DNA from: Bdellovibrio sp. ZAP7
Lineage (GTDB): Bacteria > Bdellovibrionota > UBA1018 > CAIMNF01
Assembly: GCA_945874535.1 (NCBI GenBank)
Contig: CAMCGZ010000005.1
Coordinates: 29,276 to 93,275, forward strand
DNA: 64,000 bases
Reading direction: 5' to 3'
Every line of letters begins with the position of its first letter. Positions within the stretch are counted from its first letter, which is position 1. A program made the translations under genes and the position numbers. The notes beneath the pieces are model-generated. The model was given only the letters and a program-made list of their open reading frames with translations, was not told the DNA's origin and made no database searches. Of this stretch, positions 62,250 through 64,000 are shown one piece after another.

Positions 62250-63533
62250 TCAATCGTTCAGTTTGGAGCGGATCTTGTAGATCTGTTCGGCGAGCTCATC
62301 CGACTGGGATCTGAGCCGTTCAAGACTTGCGGCGTCATTTGCTCCACTATTCAGGAAGCGATCCTGGTCAGCTTGAAGTTGACGCAGTTCTTGATCCAGA
62401 TTCAGGATCCCCTGGTGCTGCTGTTCGAGGATCCGGGTATTCTTGACTTGAGCCGGGTTGCCACTCTCGAGAGTCATCCGGATCTGGTCCTGGGTGGATA
62501 CCCATTCGGTACGGAACTTCGGCCATGTCATCATGGTTTGTCCGGTCCGCACCCGGTTGTAGTAATGGTTGAATCGCGCGGAGTTCAACTCGTACTGATT
62601 TCTAATAAGATTCAGGATTTGCTTCAATTCTTTTCTCTCGAGCTTGGCTTTCTCCGCATGGGCTTCGAGGGTTGCTTTCAGTTGCAGCTCGTAATCCGCT
62701 GGCTTTTGACCGGCGATGAAGTAAGTCCGCTCCGAAAGAAGCTCCGCACTATTGGATGCAGTCACACTCAGAGTGTACTCACCATAGGGAAGGGGGCCTC
62801 CGTCGTGGTTGACGAAGTCTTGGCTGGTGGCCTGCCCGATCGGGATGAAACTCACGGTCTGGGTATTGTTGTCTGTGAAGTCGGCAATGGTGGTGTTGAC
62901 CCGGCAGGTATAAGTCGATCCGGGGACCAGGCCTGTGAGGTTGGCGGAAGTCACGCCTACGGTGCTGGTGATGGCTTTCAGCAGGCTGAATTCGGTCGCA
63001 GACCCTGATTTACAATAAACTCCCGCAGAGTCCGCATTGCTGATGTCGGCAAAGGATACCGTTGCAGTAGTGGATGAGGTCACGTTCGCCGAACTGATCC
63101 CTCCGTAGGGAATGGCGAATAAATCGATCATGTTGTCGTCTTCAACGTTCTTATTGGTCGCCGCTTTGACCCGGAAGGTTCCAAGCGTGACCGTCGGAAG
63201 ACCCGTGATCGTAAAATTGTTGGCCGGAGCTAACACGGTTTTGAGGAGCTTCGGAAAAAAGAAATTGCTCGAATCGTAGATGTTGTAGGCGATGACCTTC
63301 GTGTCCGTCGAGGCATTCCATTTGATTTGAACCTTGTTTGCGCTCAAGGTATTGGCTTCGGTGATTCCGGTGAATCCTGCATACGGAGCATTGTCGGCTC
63401 GCTCGGCAGCTGCTCCCGAAAGCGTCGTGATGGAAACTTCTTGAGGTACGAATTCGCAGGCGCTTCCTCCAGCCAACAGGCTGAGGGCGCAGAACACCTT
63501 CAGGAGTTTCAAATTCAGTCTGTTTTTCAGCAT
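62250..63533 (-). CDS. Lipoprotein with Fn3/Ig-like beta-rich N-terminal region and C-terminal coiled coil, unknown function
   Basis: Lipobox LLAGGSAC. Ser/Thr-rich beta repeats (KVQIKWNASTDTKVIAYNIY). A C-terminal heptad-like region. GAGG SD. Confidence 0.5.
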   Translation of the reverse strand: MLKNRLNLKLLKVFCALSLLAGGSACEFVPQEVSITTLSGAAAERADNAPYAGFTGITEANTLSANKVQIKWNASTDTKVIAYNIYDSSNFFFPKLLKTVLAPANNFTITGLPTVTLGTFRVKAATNKNVEDDNMIDLFAIPYGGISSANVTSSTTATVSFADISNADSAGVYCKSGSATEFSLLKAITSTVGVTSANLTGLVPGSTYTCRVNTTIADFTDNNTQTVSFIPIGQATSQDFVNHDGGPLPYGEYTLSVTASNSAELLSERTYFIAGQKPADYELQLKATLEAHAEKAKLERKELKQILNLIRNQYELNSARFNHYYNRVRTGQTMMTWPKFRTEWVSTQDQIRMTLESGNPAQVKNTRILEQQHQGILNLDQELRQLQADQDRFLNSGANDAASLERLRSQSDELAEQIYKIRSKLND

Positions 63534-63746
63534 ACGTGCCTCGGAAGACTATTCTGTATCATTTTAGTCTGTTATTAACTTTAGGCGCAAACCAAACCCG
63601 TCAGACAGAAATCGAATGCAAAAGAGACAGTCAAGCCGTCCGAGACGGTGGGCAAGCAGATCGATCGTTTAGTGGCTCTGGAGCAGGAGCTCGCGGCCGT
63701 CCGAGGTCACGTCACTGCTGGAGCCGACGAAGCAGAGGTCGGTCAG

Positions 63747-64000
63747 ATGAAATTGCTGATCTTGAAGCAGATCGGCGAGATTCAGGCCCTGAAAGGGGTG
63801 CAAAAGAGAATTTCGGAGGATGCGATCCGTCAGCGGACCCAAGTCGAACATTTGAATAAGTTGACCCAGGAGCAGGCGAAGCAGATCCAGGCCATGGGAA
63901 TCCAACTGCAACTGTTCCAGGAATTGGAAAGTTCCCTGCGGGACCAGCAAGAAGCCCTTGGTGCCGAAGCAGCCTACTTGAGACAAGAGAATGAGAAACT
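63747..64000 (+). CDS. Coiled-coil protein, N-terminal part; runs off the window (not in the supplied ORF track)
   Basis: The frame-3 reading frame is open from 63585 to 64000. From ATG 63747 (GAGG 8 nt upstream) it reads MKLLILKQIGEIQALKGVQKRISEDAIRQRTQVEHLNKLTQEQAKQIQAMGIQLQLFQELESSLRDQQEALGAEAAYLRQENEK. GTG 63648/63672 are alternative starts. First codon positions are G-rich, unlike the antisense track ORF 63669-63986. Confidence 0.45.
   Translation, partial: MKLLILKQIGEIQALKGVQKRISEDAIRQRTQVEHLNKLTQEQAKQIQAMGIQLQLFQELESSLRDQQEALGAEAAYLRQENEK

Noticed and set aside
1-64000. Search for CRISPR arrays, tRNA/rRNA genes, IS elements, integrases, prophage genes and riboswitches in 5' leaders
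   Set aside because: I saw no regularly spaced direct repeats, cloverleaf-capable intergenic segments, transposase or integrase motifs, or long structured leaders. Intergenic regions are mostly under 120 bp. Absence is judged by eye only.

Overview
Gene-dense chromosomal window with about 63 protein-coding genes on both strands. I recognised no rRNA, tRNA, CRISPR array, integrase or transposase. The source looks like a moderately GC-rich Gram-negative bacterium. All calls come from motif recognition by eye in the supplied translations and the raw sequence; no database search was possible.

Housekeeping blocks:
- propionyl-CoA-carboxylase-type subunits (1-2715)
- guaB-guaA (8313-11379)
- methylmalonyl-CoA mutase catalytic subunit (11488-13071)
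- nagZ plus two ABC permeases (13828-16511)
- lipA-E2-lpd-lipB (33550-37909)
- lon and rluD (42394-45976)
- a histidine kinase / NtrC-like pair (48390-51513)
- dprA, nadK-recN, and envelope genes (59013-63533)

Stand-out 1 is a ~16-kb, single-strand, translationally coupled Tad/Flp-type locus (17327-33465) with non-canonical content. It holds tadC-like and DUF192 genes, three FHA-domain membrane proteins (four FHA domains) and a PP2C phosphatase, but no kinase. It continues with two Flp pilins, two TadE-like pseudopilins, CpaB, the CpaC secretin, a fused MinD/TadZ-like::CpaF ATPase and TadB. It ends with a toxin-less YD/RHS-repeat protein and a 71-aa Cys-containing secreted peptide. From memory this resembles the Kil-type Tad-like machines of predatory Myxococcota/Bdellovibrionota and the Flp cluster beside the Bdellovibrio hit locus. 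That comparison is inference only.

Stand-out 2 is a ~430-bp tandemly duplicated cassette (38503-39322). Each copy carries a conserved dyad upstream element, a near-consensus sigma-54 promoter, an SD, and a 59-61-aa signal-peptide-bearing peptide of no family I recognise.

Smaller oddities:
- an NtrC-like regulator lacking both the GAFTGA loop and a DNA-binding domain
- an orphan beta-class DNA methyltransferase coupled to guaA
- a hairpin/palindrome switch over the flp pilin SD and start codon
- three promoter-like elements that predict leaderless mRNAs
- many ATGA gene junctions and eight convergent 3' overlaps
- a J-like (HPD-less)/RodZ-HTH protein next to a MinD-like ATPase
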